Positions 38,931 to 49,614 are shown, numbered from the stretch's first letter. The stretch: 64,000 nucleotides of DNA from Candidatus Kapaibacterium sp. (GCA_963665665.1 OY762428.1:3072001-3136000), one strand, 5' to 3'. The notes: generated from the letters alone by a model not told the origin. Translations and numbers: made by a program.

Positions 38931-39872
38931 GTGCAGAAAAAAGCTTTAATAGCAGTTGGCGGGAACTCTCTGATCCGTGCGGGTCAGAGAGGCCGCATAC
39001 CTGAACAGTTCGATAATGCCCTTGCCACGGCACGCAGCATCGTTAAGATGATCGGGCTTGGCTGGGATATGGTAATTACACATGGGAACGGCCCCCAGGC
39101 CGGAGCCGCTCTTCTTCGTTCGGAAAGAGCAGCTTCGGAAGTTTACAGGCATACTCTGGATATGTGTGTAGCTACCACGCAAAGTGAAATAGGATATATA
39201 TTAACCAGGGCAATGGAGCAGGAACTTCGTGCCCAGGGTATTAATAAATCGGTTACAACTATACCCACAATGGTTGAAGTTGATCCCGAAGACGATGCAT
39301 ATAAAAATCCCAGCAAGCCGATTGGCCCTTTTTATTCCGAAGAAGAAGCTGAATCTATGAAAAGGCAGTTCAACTGGGATATTGTTGAAGATGCTTCAAG
39401 AGGTTACAGGCGTGTTGTTGCATCCCCGGAACCCAAAAAAGTAAACGAACTCGGAATCATTCGCAAGATTATTGATCTTGGTATTATAGCCATTGCTCTT
39501 GGCGGCGGCGGAATACCTGTTATCAGGGACGAAAATGCTAATATTACCGGATCTGAAGCCGTTATTGATAAAGACCGCAGTTCAGCTTTGCTTGCTAACG
39601 AATTGGATGTTGATCTGTTTATCATATCGACTGATACCGATCAGGTATATTTGAATTATAAGAAACCTGACGAAAAAGGATTAAGGAACATAAGCGTCGA
39701 TGAGTTGGAAGAATATGCCAAAGCAGGCCATTTTCCTGCCGGATCGATGGGGCCCAAGGTGGAATCCGCCATCAGGTTTGTCAGGAAATCCGGTAAAAAG
39801 GCAATCATAACATCTTATGAGTATCTTGATGCCGCTTTGGAAGGCAAGGCGGGAACGCATATCCTTCCGTAA
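38931..39872 (+). CDS. arcC: Carbamate kinase
   Basis: AVGGNSL, THGNGPQ, PSKPIGPFY, RRVVASP.P, GGGGIPV, EAVIDKD, GSMGPKV. Confidence 0.95.
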   Translation: MQKKALIAVGGNSLIRAGQRGRIPEQFDNALATARSIVKMIGLGWDMVITHGNGPQAGAALLRSERAASEVYRHTLDMCVATTQSEIGYILTRAMEQELRAQGINKSVTTIPTMVEVDPEDDAYKNPSKPIGPFYSEEEAESMKRQFNWDIVEDASRGYRRVVASPEPKKVNELGIIRKIIDLGIIAIALGGGGIPVIRDENANITGSEAVIDKDRSSALLANELDVDLFIISTDTDQVYLNYKKPDEKGLRNISVDELEEYAKAGHFPAGSMGPKVESAIRFVRKSGKKAIITSYEYLDAALEGKAGTHILP

Positions 39873-39989
39873 TTCAAGGATTTCAGGGTGTGGAAAAATT
39901 CATATCCAATAAAATTGGTAATTGATAAAAAGTTGAATAATTTGCTATGATACAGAAAAGCAATTTTCAGATTTATAAAGGGAATTAAT

Positions 39990-40907
39990 ATGAAATTGGA
40001 ACATATTGTCGAATCCCAACAGTTTACGGTTCCGCTTCTTATGGACCTGTTTGAACGTACAAACCAGATGAAAAAGATTGTGGCACGTGGCGGCACAAGA
40101 GACTACGAGAACAAAATACTCGCTACTCTTTTCTATAAGCCTTCCACAAGAACACGTTTTTCTTTTGAATCTGCAATGTACCGTCTTGGAGGAAAAGTCC
40201 TGTCAACTGAACAGGCAAGGGAATTCTCATCTGAAGTAGAGGGAGAGAATCTTGATGATACTATCAGGATAATTTCCAATTATTGTGATACAATTATTCT
40301 CCGCCACCATGAAGAAGGCGGAGCTAAAAGGGCTGCGGCTGTTTCACCTGTTCCAATTGTCAATGCAGGCGATGGTTCGGGCGGGCAACACCCCACACAG
40401 GCATTGCTTGACCTTTATACAATTTATAACGAATGCAAAACTCTCGACGGCCTTTCCATAGCTTTTATCGGTGCTTTGGATCTTGGAAGGACAGTACGTT
40501 CACTGGCCTACTTACTCGGGAAATTTGACAGGATAAAACTTTATTTTGTTGCTCCGGAAGAGCTTCAAATAAATAAAGATATACTTGAATACCTTGACGA
40601 ACGAGGCGTTGCTTATACTCTGGCAAACAGCACAAAAGGAATTCTCGAAAAAGTTGATGTAGTATATCAAACCAGGATTGACAGGGAAAGGCTTAAAGAT
40701 AAAAACATGGACCTGTCTGTTTATAATATTGACAGGGAATCACTGAATATTATGAAGTATGAATCTATCATTCTTCACCCTCTTCCCCGTTCGGTTGAAA
40801 TTGACCCGGGGATCGACCACGATCCGAGGGCGGCATATTTCCGTCAGGCAGAAAATGGTTTGTATGTACGCATGGCCTTACTTACCATGCTTTTTGAAAA
40901 TGAATAA
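39990..40907 (+). CDS. pyrB: Aspartate carbamoyltransferase-like protein (plant-type ATCase fold) with substituted active-site residues
   Basis: STRT, R105, HPTQ, GRTVRSL, HPLPR, YFRQA..G..VRMALL retained; E50K, K84E, D162A, Q231D relative to canonical ATCase. Confidence 0.75.
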   Translation: MKLEHIVESQQFTVPLLMDLFERTNQMKKIVARGGTRDYENKILATLFYKPSTRTRFSFESAMYRLGGKVLSTEQAREFSSEVEGENLDDTIRIISNYCDTIILRHHEEGGAKRAAAVSPVPIVNAGDGSGGQHPTQALLDLYTIYNECKTLDGLSIAFIGALDLGRTVRSLAYLLGKFDRIKLYFVAPEELQINKDILEYLDERGVAYTLANSTKGILEKVDVVYQTRIDRERLKDKNMDLSVYNIDRESLNIMKYESIILHPLPRSVEIDPGIDHDPRAAYFRQAENGLYVRMALLTMLFENE

Positions 40908-40931
40908 TTAATATTGAAATAAAGGAAGATA

Positions 40932-42143
40932 ATGAAAACGCAGGATTTTATTCAGATAGAAAATGATTTTGGCGCTCATAACTACCATCCTCTGGACGTA
41001 GTTGTAAAAGAAGCCAAAGGTGTTTGGGTAACTGATGTAGATGGGAAAAAATACATGGATTGCCTTGCAGCATATTCTGCTGTGAACCAGGGGCATTGCC
41101 ACGAAAAAATTTATGAAGTATTTGTTGAGCAGGCAAAACACGTTACTCTTACAAGCCGTGCTTTCCGCAACGACAGGCTTCCGATGCTTTATAAGAAACT
41201 TAATGAAATGACAGGCTATGGAATGTCATTACCAATGAACTCGGGCGCTGAGGCAGTTGAATCTGCAATTAAAGTTGCACGCCGCTGGGGTTATGACGTA
41301 AAGGGCGTTGAAAAAGATAAAGCAGAGATAGTTGTAGCTTCCGGAAACTTCCATGGCAGAACAACAACTATTGTTGGTTTTTCTGACGATCCTTCTTCTT
41401 ATGCCGGTTTCGGCCCTTATTGCAATGAAGCATTCCCCATGCATGAATATGGTAACCTTGAAGACCTGAAATCAAAAATAAATAAAAATACTGTAGCAGT
41501 AATGGTTGAGCCTATTCAGGGCGAAGGCGGAATCGTTATTCCTCCGGACGGATATCTGAAAGGTATCGCAGAAATTTGTAAAGAAAACAATATTCTTTTC
41601 ATTTGCGATGAAATCCAGGCAGGCCTTGGCCGCAGCGGTAAACTTTTTGCCCACTATTACGAAGATGTCAGGCCGGACATCGTCATTATCGGTAAAGCTC
41701 TTGCAGGTGGTTTTTATCCCGTTTCGGCAATTCTTGCAAGCAAAGATGTTATGCTGGTGGTAAAACCCGGCGAGCATGGCTCCACATTTGGCGGTAATCC
41801 TCTTGGTGCTGCTGTAGCTATTAAAGCACTGGAAGTAATTGAAGACGAAAAACTCGTTGAAAGGTCTTATGAAATGGGCGAGTATTTCATGGGCAAACTT
41901 CGTGCAATTGACAGCCCGCATATTTCACTTGTTCGCGGACGCGGCCTCTGGATTGGTTTCGTTCTCGACCGCAAAGCCCGTCCTTACTGCGAAAAACTTA
42001 TGGATGAGGGTATCCTTTGTAAAGAAACGCATGAAAATATTATTCGTTTTGCTCCTCCTCTCGTTATTAGCAAGGAAGATATTGACTGGGCATGTGAGAA
42101 AATCGAAAAAGTTGTTAAAGAACTCGATAGCGTAGAGTTTTAA
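40932..42143 (+). CDS. rocD: Ornithine--oxo-acid aminotransferase
   Basis: GAHNYHPL, YSAVNQGHCH, LTSRAF, MNSGAEAVE, FHGRT, EPIQGEGG, DEIQ, GKAL (PLP lysine), HGSTFGGNPL. Confidence 0.95.
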   Translation: MKTQDFIQIENDFGAHNYHPLDVVVKEAKGVWVTDVDGKKYMDCLAAYSAVNQGHCHEKIYEVFVEQAKHVTLTSRAFRNDRLPMLYKKLNEMTGYGMSLPMNSGAEAVESAIKVARRWGYDVKGVEKDKAEIVVASGNFHGRTTTIVGFSDDPSSYAGFGPYCNEAFPMHEYGNLEDLKSKINKNTVAVMVEPIQGEGGIVIPPDGYLKGIAEICKENNILFICDEIQAGLGRSGKLFAHYYEDVRPDIVIIGKALAGGFYPVSAILASKDVMLVVKPGEHGSTFGGNPLGAAVAIKALEVIEDEKLVERSYEMGEYFMGKLRAIDSPHISLVRGRGLWIGFVLDRKARPYCEKLMDEGILCKETHENIIRFAPPLVISKEDIDWACEKIEKVVKELDSVEF

Positions 42144-42194
42144 TTAAATAAAGATATATAATTTTTCTAATTAATTTTTTGTTTAAGGAGTTTA

Positions 42195-43520
42195 ATGATG
42201 GAAAAGAAAAGAGTTATCATCATCGGCGCAGCCGGACGTGATTTCCACAATTTCAACACAGTTTACAGGAATGATGAAACAACAGAAGTAGTAGCTTTCA
42301 CAGCTGCTCAGATTCCGGATATCGACGGACGTATGTACCCACCGGCACTTGCAGGCGAACTTTATCCCGCAGGTATTCCGATCAAAGCCGAAGAAGAACT
42401 TGAAGCTCTTATCGAAGAATATAAAGTAGACGAATGCGTTCTTTCATATAGCGATCTTCCTTACGAAACAGTAATGCACATTGGATCTCGCGTTATGACA
42501 ACAGGCGCAAAATTTTCGATGCTCGGCTCATACCCGACTATGATCAAATCAACAAAACCTGTTGTATCTGTTACAGCTATCCGTACAGGTTGTGGCAAAA
42601 GCCAGACAACACGTGCGGTTGTTCGCGCACTTCTGGATCAGGGCAAAAAAGTTGCTTCTATCCGTCACCCTATGCCTTACGGCGATCTTGAAAAACAGAA
42701 AGTTCAGCGCTTTGCAGAACTCGAAGACCTCAAGAAACACGATTGCACAATCGAAGAAATGGAAGAGTACGAACCACATATCGCTATGGGCAGTATCATT
42801 TATGCCGGCGTAGATTATGAAGCAATCGTTCGCGAAGCAGAAAAAGAAGCTGACGTAATCGTTTGGGACGGTGGAAACAATGATATGCCTTTCTACAAAC
42901 CAGACCTTTCAATCGTTGTTGTTGATCCGCTTCGTCCGGGCCACGAAATTACTTATTATCCCGGTGAAGTTAACCTTCGCATGGCTGATGTTGTTGTTGT
43001 TAACAAAGTTGACTCTGCATATCCTGAAGATATGGAAGAAGTTCTCGACAATGTTCGCGAATACAACCCGACAGCAAAGATCATCCTTGCTGCTTCTTCA
43101 ATTATGGTTGACGACCTTGACGCTATCCGCGACAAAGAAGTTCTCGTTGTAGAAGACGGCCCGACCCTTACACACGGCGAAATGGATCTTGGCGCAGGTA
43201 CAGTAGCAGCACGCCGCTTTGGTGCAGCAGCTCTTGTTGATCCTCGTCCTTACACAGTAGGCAAACTTACCGAAACATTCGAGAAATATCCTGAAATCGG
43301 TATCCTTCTTCCTGCTATGGGTTATGGCGAACAGCAGATGAAAGACCTTGAAACAACTATCAACAATACAGAATGTGAAGCTGTTGTTATCGGAACTCCG
43401 ATCAACCTTGGCCGCTTCATCAAAATTGACAAACCGAATACTCGCGTTTATTATGAACTGAGCGAAATCGGTTTCCCGACAATCAAATCAGAAATTAAAG
43501 ACTTTGTTGAAAAACACTAA
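42195..43520 (+). CDS. arcE: Arginine synthetase ArcE-like P-loop protein (usually annotated GTPase / cyclic 2,3-diphosphoglycerate synthetase-like)
   Basis: GAAGRDFHNFN, RTGCGKS P-loop, IRHPMPYG, WDGGNND, VEDGPTLTHG, LPAMGY; co-located with OTC and carbamate kinase. Confidence 0.75.
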   Translation: MMEKKRVIIIGAAGRDFHNFNTVYRNDETTEVVAFTAAQIPDIDGRMYPPALAGELYPAGIPIKAEEELEALIEEYKVDECVLSYSDLPYETVMHIGSRVMTTGAKFSMLGSYPTMIKSTKPVVSVTAIRTGCGKSQTTRAVVRALLDQGKKVASIRHPMPYGDLEKQKVQRFAELEDLKKHDCTIEEMEEYEPHIAMGSIIYAGVDYEAIVREAEKEADVIVWDGGNNDMPFYKPDLSIVVVDPLRPGHEITYYPGEVNLRMADVVVVNKVDSAYPEDMEEVLDNVREYNPTAKIILAASSIMVDDLDAIRDKEVLVVEDGPTLTHGEMDLGAGTVAARRFGAAALVDPRPYTVGKLTETFEKYPEIGILLPAMGYGEQQMKDLETTINNTECEAVVIGTPINLGRFIKIDKPNTRVYYELSEIGFPTIKSEIKDFVEKH

Positions 43521-43541
43521 TTTGATTTGATTGAAAAAATT

Positions 43542-43573
43542 GCCCTGCTTCATCCCGAGGCAGGGCTTTTTTT
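43542..43573 (+). terminator. Terminator ending the arginine operon
   Basis: GCCCTGCTTC-loop-GAGGCAGGGC-TTTTTTT. Confidence 0.8.
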
Positions 43574-43639
43574 ATTTTAAATATTTGCGGGGATTGATTA
43601 TTTTGCCTTAATTCATTTTTACGAATTTTCGCCTTTAAA

Positions 43640-45205
43640 TTGATGAATACTACACCTAAAACCTCAATCTTAATTTTTTCGGTATCCGCCCTGTTATATT
43701 TGCTTGTCGGCATTAATTATGGTGTAAATATATATGCCGAAGGCCTGGCCCTTTTCGGAGCGGATATGGTATCAAAAGGATATATTCCATACCTGGATTT
43801 CTGGACAATTTATACGCCGGGACAGTTTTACCTTCTGGCAGGTTTTATGAATATATTTGGATGGGACATTCTTGCCGGAAGATTGCTAACAGTATTATTA
43901 ATAATTTCTTCCGGAGTTATTCTTACTCTGCTCGGAAAAAAGTTATCATACCAACGAATGTATTATTTACCATTTATTTTAACGGTTATCTGGTTTGGGC
44001 TTGTTCCGTCGTGGTCCAGGTCTGTACCATCTGCATTATTCCTCTCACTGCTTTCAATTTTTACTTACCTGAAGTTCAATGATAAAAATGCGGGCTTGAT
44101 CCTGCCGGGTGCTTTGGCCGCGATGACAGGATTTTTCAGGCATGACTTCGGGCTTTATGTGCTTATTGCAATAATTGCAGGAAATTTTGTATTTAATAAC
44201 CAATGGAAAACAATTATTAAAAAATCTTTTTGGGTAGTTATTGGTTTTATGATAGTATTGATACCTATTGCTGCCTATTTTCTGTCGAATGTACCATTCG
44301 ATATCCTGAAGGATCAATTAGTAGATACACCCCGTGAAGTCTTTGCTGATTACAGATCGCTTCCATTTCCTGTATTCGAAATATTTTCCAATCCCCCGGA
44401 TAGTTTAAGAGAATTAATCATAAAATGCTGGCAGGCTGTTGTTTTTTTAATCCCAATAATTTTTATTATTTATGGATTCATATACTATTTTAAAAACAGG
44501 AATTCCGAAAAAGGAGCTGGCATATTTATATTTGCTCTGCTTTCCCTGCTTATGTACAGCCAGTGTATTATCCGCTCAGATACCGAACACCTTACCCCGT
44601 CAATTGTAATAGCTTTTCCGCTTATAGTATTTGCCCTGATAAGGGAAGGAATAAAAAAATCAAGAAAAATTTTGATTTTTATTTCAATCGCCTTCATTGT
44701 ATCATTTCCTTTAATGAAAAAAACCATACTTGTCCAAAAGATCATAAGGGGAAATTCTGTAGAAATTGTTACTGACAGGTCAAATTATATTAAAGCAGAA
44801 CCTGTCTTTGCAAATGATTATAACGATATAATTGACTATATCCGGAAGCACAGTTCAGAAAATGATATAATATTTTCCGGATGTATAAGACATGACAAAC
44901 TTCTTATTAACGATGTGATGATATATTTTCTAACAGCAAAGAACAGCGCTTCATTCTATCATGAGCTCCATCCGGGAGTAACAACAACTCTTGAAGTGCA
45001 GGATAGAATTATTGATGAGATCAGCAAAAATAATCCGGCACTTATCATATTAAGTCGTCAGGATGCTGTTCAGGAACCCAATAAGTCCTCTGAAAGCAGC
45101 GGAGTAACATTACTTGATGAATACATTTCAGACAGATACCGTCATGTTTTTGAGAAAGGCGCGTACAGTATTCTTGAAAAAAGAACTAGTTTAAACGAGG
45201 ATTGA
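43640..45205 (+). CDS. Multi-pass membrane protein, GT-C (ArnT/PMT-like) glycosyltransferase candidate
   Basis: More than 10 TM segments; EG...G..PY.DFW..Y.PG motif typical of GT-C-like proteins. Confidence 0.6.
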   Translation: MMNTTPKTSILIFSVSALLYLLVGINYGVNIYAEGLALFGADMVSKGYIPYLDFWTIYTPGQFYLLAGFMNIFGWDILAGRLLTVLLIISSGVILTLLGKKLSYQRMYYLPFILTVIWFGLVPSWSRSVPSALFLSLLSIFTYLKFNDKNAGLILPGALAAMTGFFRHDFGLYVLIAIIAGNFVFNNQWKTIIKKSFWVVIGFMIVLIPIAAYFLSNVPFDILKDQLVDTPREVFADYRSLPFPVFEIFSNPPDSLRELIIKCWQAVVFLIPIIFIIYGFIYYFKNRNSEKGAGIFIFALLSLLMYSQCIIRSDTEHLTPSIVIAFPLIVFALIREGIKKSRKILIFISIAFIVSFPLMKKTILVQKIIRGNSVEIVTDRSNYIKAEPVFANDYNDIIDYIRKHSSENDIIFSGCIRHDKLLINDVMIYFLTAKNSASFYHELHPGVTTTLEVQDRIIDEISKNNPALIILSRQDAVQEPNKSSESSGVTLLDEYISDRYRHVFEKGAYSILEKRTSLNED

Positions 45206-45327
45206 CGATTATGATTACAGCAATTCTAATTGTTCTTTATAACCGGAATTGAGCATGTAACTATGAAAACTTTCAAAGAATTAACTTAATATCGGGTATA
45301 ATGTTAATATTATTTTAAACCTGATTT

Positions 45328-48300
45328 TTAATGAGCCATTTTATCGAAGCCGTTTCGTGCTCTTTTTACAAGTAGATGAACTCTGTTATCTGTATTTGCT
45401 TCGCTCATACCGGAATCAATATCAAGGAAGAGTATACTAAGTTCAGGGTCAATATCTTTCAGTGGTTTTTCCATGCCTCTTGCTATCACGTGGTTGGCAA
45501 TGCAGCCGAAAGGCTGAAGGCAAAGTACATTTTTAATATTATCTTCTGCAAATGCCAGTATATCGCCTGCAATCATCCACCCTTCTCCAAAATAGAGGTT
45601 CACCAGGTTCATTACTTTCGAGGCATTATCAGCTATGTGCTCAATATCATGCCATGGTTCATAATAATTGAATTTCTTCAGAACAGTATCAAATTTATTA
45701 AAGCTGTGCATATAATATTTTTTAATGATACCGGAAAGCATCGCGGATATGGGCTTACTGTCCGTAAGGGCTTTGTTTTTAACTTTCACGTTTACAAACC
45801 ACTGAATGAAAAGGTTTATCAGCGGGGGAGTAACAACTTCTATTCTTTCTTCAACCAGGCGGTCTACTATTTTAAAATTCCCGGCCGGATTATATTTAAC
45901 AAAAATTTCCCCTACCAATCCTATCTTTGGCACATTTTCGAATTCAAGTTCCACGGAGTTGAACTCATCAACTGCATGGCTCAGAAGATTCAAAAGGCCC
46001 TTCAGATCGCTGTCTTTGATATAATCAGCTGCCATATCAGAATATTTATCGGATATTTTTCTGGCAGAGCCCCTTTGTTTTTCACGCGGGGCTATTGAAT
46101 GATACATCCTGGAGAGTGAATCCCCGAAAAGAACTCCGATGGCCCCTTTGGATATAAGTTTTAAGGCGCTGGATTTGAATCCCGGCTGCTCATTCAATCC
46201 AAGGTCAATAACAGAAGCAGCAATAACCGGAATATTCTCATACCCGGCACTTACCAGGGATTTTTTCAACAAAGGTAAATAGCTCGATGCCCGGCACTGG
46301 CCACCGGTTTGTGATATGCCAACAGCAAGGTTGTTCAGATCGTATTTACCGGATTTTATTGCTTTCAGGATGTCTCCGATAACGAGAGTTGCAGGATAGC
46401 ATATTTCATTGTTCACATATTTCAATCCAAGCTCAACAGACGTGTCATCAGATTCAGGCAAAACTTCAACATCATAACCCATCGCGCTGAATGTTGCTGT
46501 TATATATGCAGAATGAAAAGGGGAAAAGAATGGAACAATTATCTTTTTCTTCCTGTCTTCTTCCTGGAAAAGTTTGGTGGTTTTTCTGGTATAACCCTTC
46601 AGGGAATTATCGTTCAAATCTTTTAACCGGATTGATTCTGCAAGAGAGCGTATTCGCAAGCGTAAGGATCCCGAGCCGGTATGCTCGTCAATCCTGATAA
46701 CTGTATGATTTTTTCCCCGGGATTCAAGTATTTCCCTCGTTTCGTCTATTACTATTGTATCCGGCCCGCAACCAAATGAATTAAGCTGAATATATTCAGC
46801 GCCGGGCAGTTTGCTAATATGTTTGGCCGAACGGTATATTCTGTTAGGATAAGCCCATTGGGTTAGTACCTGGATGTCTTTCACGTCGTCGCCGGACAGG
46901 TCAAGGGCATCTTCGGTAACTACATCAAGCCCGAAATCAACGATCATCTCGGGTATATTGTGATTAACAAGGGTATCTATATGATAAGGCCGGCCTGATA
47001 GAACAATGAATCGTTTGTTTCGGCTGATATTATTTACAATTATTTCATTTCCTTTTTCAAGGAGTTTATCCCTGTATTCCTGCTTTGCCTGTAAGGCTTT
47101 GTTAAAAGCTTTGTTAATTACTCGCGGAGTAATACCAAGGGATGATAAATATTTTTTGCAGGAGCGCTTCAATAATTTCAAGTCTTTGAAACTTACTGTT
47201 GGAGTGTCAAAATGGATATTGTGTTTTTCCGGGTTAACGGCTTTTCTTATTAAGTCAGGGTAGCCTGAAACTACAGGGCAGTTATACGCATTGATTGCTG
47301 TTTCTTCTTCTTTTGTTTCGTATATCACCATTGGATAGAAAATACGGTCGACTTTCTTTTCAATCAGCCTTATTATGTGCCCGTGTGCCAGTTTTGCCGG
47401 GTAGCATATATTATCGGACATAACGGTTCCGGCACCGAGATCGCTGATCTCGTTATTAGATTTTCCGGAAAGAACAACTTCGAATCCGCACTCTCTGAGC
47501 AGTGTAGCCCAGAATGGAAAATTTTCGAACATATTCAAAGCTTCAGGCAGGCCAATCCTTGCAATAGCAGGCTGTTCAGGTTTCATCGGCCTTGCGAAAA
47601 GAAGTTTATATTTATATTCTGTCAGGTTGAAACCTCTTTCTGTTCGCCGGCCTTTCGAGGAAAACAATTTCTCGCATCTGTTGCCGGTATAGAACACGTT
47701 ACCGTTGGCAAATTTCAATCTTGTAATGCCGCACTGGTTTTCACATCCGGAGCAGGTGATTTTCCGGGTAGTGAATTCTGGTACCTGCTTAAGGTCGGAA
47801 ATTTTATTTATTGATTTGGCTTTACAAATTTCCGCCTGCCCCGCGGCATAAAGTGCTGCCCCGTAAGCTCCCATTAATTCCGAAATATCCGGGCAGGTAA
47901 CCTGCCTGCCAATTTTATTTTCAAATGCTTTGTGTACTGCCGGGTTTTTGAACGTTCCGCCCTGAACAATTATATTCTTACCAAGAACATCCGGGTTGTG
48001 AATTCTTAATACCTTGTGCAGGCAATTATCGATAACAGAATAAGCAAGCCCTGCTGATATATCTTCGATTCCGGCGCCCTCGCGGAAGCTTTGCTTAACT
48101 TTTGAATTCATAAATACCGTGCAGCGTGTTCCCAGGTTGCAGGGGTCGGTGGAATTACAGGCAAGGGCGGCAAATTCATGGACGGGATGCCCGAGCGAAT
48201 CAGCAAAAGTTTCTATAAAAGATCCGCATCCTGAAGAACAGGCTTCGTTGATCTCAATATTTTTAATAATACCATTTTCCACATATATTGCTTTCATATC

Positions 48301-49614
48301 CTGTCCGCCGATATCCAGAATAAAAGATACCTTTTCGGAAAATTGCTTTGCAGCAGTGAAATGGGCTATTGTTTCAACAACCCCGTAATCCAGGTTGAAA
48401 GCAGAGCGGATAAGCTCCTCGCCATAACCTGTTACAGCCGAGGAGTAAAGCTCAATATCAGCTACAGACGGATACTCTGTAATTAATTTTCTGATACCAT
48501 TTTCCACAGCGGCAACCGGGTCGCCGTCATTGTTGGCATAATATTTAAAAGCGATATTTCCTTTTCGGTCAGTCAATACAATTTTTGTTGTGGTAGAACC
48601 TGAATCAATACCAAGAATACAGTTGCCGCTTTTTAGTTTGGAAATATCCATTGTAGGAGCTTTTACGGAATTTCTATTTTTCAGCCATTCCTTCTTTTCC
48701 TCATTGCTTTTAAAAAGCGGTGTCGCCCTTTTTTTGACTGCCCCGGGCCTTACAGAGCAACGGTTCATTCGTTTGCAGATATCATCTATTGCTATCCTGA
48801 AACTATCATTTCCGGATGCAATTGCAGCACCGTAAGCAGGAACTAATTGCGGCGATTCAATATTAATTATATTTTCTTCATTCAGCCGGAAAACATTCAG
48901 CATTGATTTACGGAGATTTGAAATAAATGACAAGGGGCCGCCGGAAAATATCACTCCCGGCCTGACATCATTTCCTTTCATTAAAGTATTCTTGATCTGG
49001 AGCGCTATTGCGTTAAATACTGATGCAGCAATATCAGGCAGTGAAATCTTTTGGCTTAGCAGGTTCTGAACATCTGTTTTTGCAAACACTCCGCATCTTG
49101 ATGCAATCGGATATACTTTTTCGGATTTATCCGCAAGGCTGTTCAGCTTAGAGACGGGCATTTTCAGCAATGTTGCAATCTGGTCGATGAAAGCACCTGT
49201 TCCGCCGGCACATGAACCATTCATTCGCAGATCATGGCTGCCGTTGGAATTAAGAAAAATAATTTTTGAATCTTCTCCGCCAATATCTATCAGTGTTCTT
49301 GCCTCGGGATGCCTCGTTGTTACAAATTCTGCCGAAGCTATCAGCTCCTGAACAAAGGGTATTCCGCTTTTCTCTGACAGGCCCATACCTGCACTGCCAG
49401 TAATTGCAAGCGACATTTCCTGCCCGGAGAATTTCTGCAATGCTTTATTTATTATAGTATTAACCGTGGACTTAATCCTGCCGTTATGCCTGTTATATTC
49501 CGAAAACAATACTCTGTCCCGGCTGTCAGTAATAACAGCTTTTGCCGTGGTCGACCCAATATCAAGTCCAAGTTTAAGTCCGGTTAACATTCCCTGCTCA
49601 ATTAAAGCTAACAA
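45328..49614 (-). CDS. Acyl-CoA dehydratase activase-related protein (two BadF/BcrAD ATPase domains plus DUF2229-like region); start likely 49590
   Basis: GLDIGSTT, DIGGED, CAGGTG, CGVF; second GIDSGSTT, DIGGQD, CSSGCG, CTVF; NICYPAKL, SFGCGPD, GQCRAS, QPFGC. Confidence 0.9.
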   Translation of the reverse strand: MLALIEQGMLTGLKLGLDIGSTTAKAVITDSRDRVLFSEYNRHNGRIKSTVNTIINKALQKFSGQEMSLAITGSAGMGLSEKSGIPFVQELIASAEFVTTRHPEARTLIDIGGEDSKIIFLNSNGSHDLRMNGSCAGGTGAFIDQIATLLKMPVSKLNSLADKSEKVYPIASRCGVFAKTDVQNLLSQKISLPDIAASVFNAIALQIKNTLMKGNDVRPGVIFSGGPLSFISNLRKSMLNVFRLNEENIINIESPQLVPAYGAAIASGNDSFRIAIDDICKRMNRCSVRPGAVKKRATPLFKSNEEKKEWLKNRNSVKAPTMDISKLKSGNCILGIDSGSTTTKIVLTDRKGNIAFKYYANNDGDPVAAVENGIRKLITEYPSVADIELYSSAVTGYGEELIRSAFNLDYGVVETIAHFTAAKQFSEKVSFILDIGGQDMKAIYVENGIIKNIEINEACSSGCGSFIETFADSLGHPVHEFAALACNSTDPCNLGTRCTVFMNSKVKQSFREGAGIEDISAGLAYSVIDNCLHKVLRIHNPDVLGKNIIVQGGTFKNPAVHKAFENKIGRQVTCPDISELMGAYGAALYAAGQAEICKAKSINKISDLKQVPEFTTRKITCSGCENQCGITRLKFANGNVFYTGNRCEKLFSSKGRRTERGFNLTEYKYKLLFARPMKPEQPAIARIGLPEALNMFENFPFWATLLRECGFEVVLSGKSNNEISDLGAGTVMSDNICYPAKLAHGHIIRLIEKKVDRIFYPMVIYETKEEETAINAYNCPVVSGYPDLIRKAVNPEKHNIHFDTPTVSFKDLKLLKRSCKKYLSSLGITPRVINKAFNKALQAKQEYRDKLLEKGNEIIVNNISRNKRFIVLSGRPYHIDTLVNHNIPEMIVDFGLDVVTEDALDLSGDDVKDIQVLTQWAYPNRIYRSAKHISKLPGAEYIQLNSFGCGPDTIVIDETREILESRGKNHTVIRIDEHTGSGSLRLRIRSLAESIRLKDLNDNSLKGYTRKTTKLFQEEDRKKKIIVPFFSPFHSAYITATFSAMGYDVEVLPESDDTSVELGLKYVNNEICYPATLVIGDILKAIKSGKYDLNNLAVGISQTGGQCRASSYLPLLKKSLVSAGYENIPVIAASVIDLGLNEQPGFKSSALKLISKGAIGVLFGDSLSRMYHSIAPREKQRGSARKISDKYSDMAADYIKDSDLKGLLNLLSHAVDEFNSVELEFENVPKIGLVGEIFVKYNPAGNFKIVDRLVEERIEVVTPPLINLFIQWFVNVKVKNKALTDSKPISAMLSGIIKKYYMHSFNKFDTVLKKFNYYEPWHDIEHIADNASKVMNLVNLYFGEGWMIAGDILAFAEDNIKNVLCLQPFGCIANHVIARGMEKPLKDIDPELSILFLDIDSGMSEANTDNRVHLLVKRARNGFDKMAH

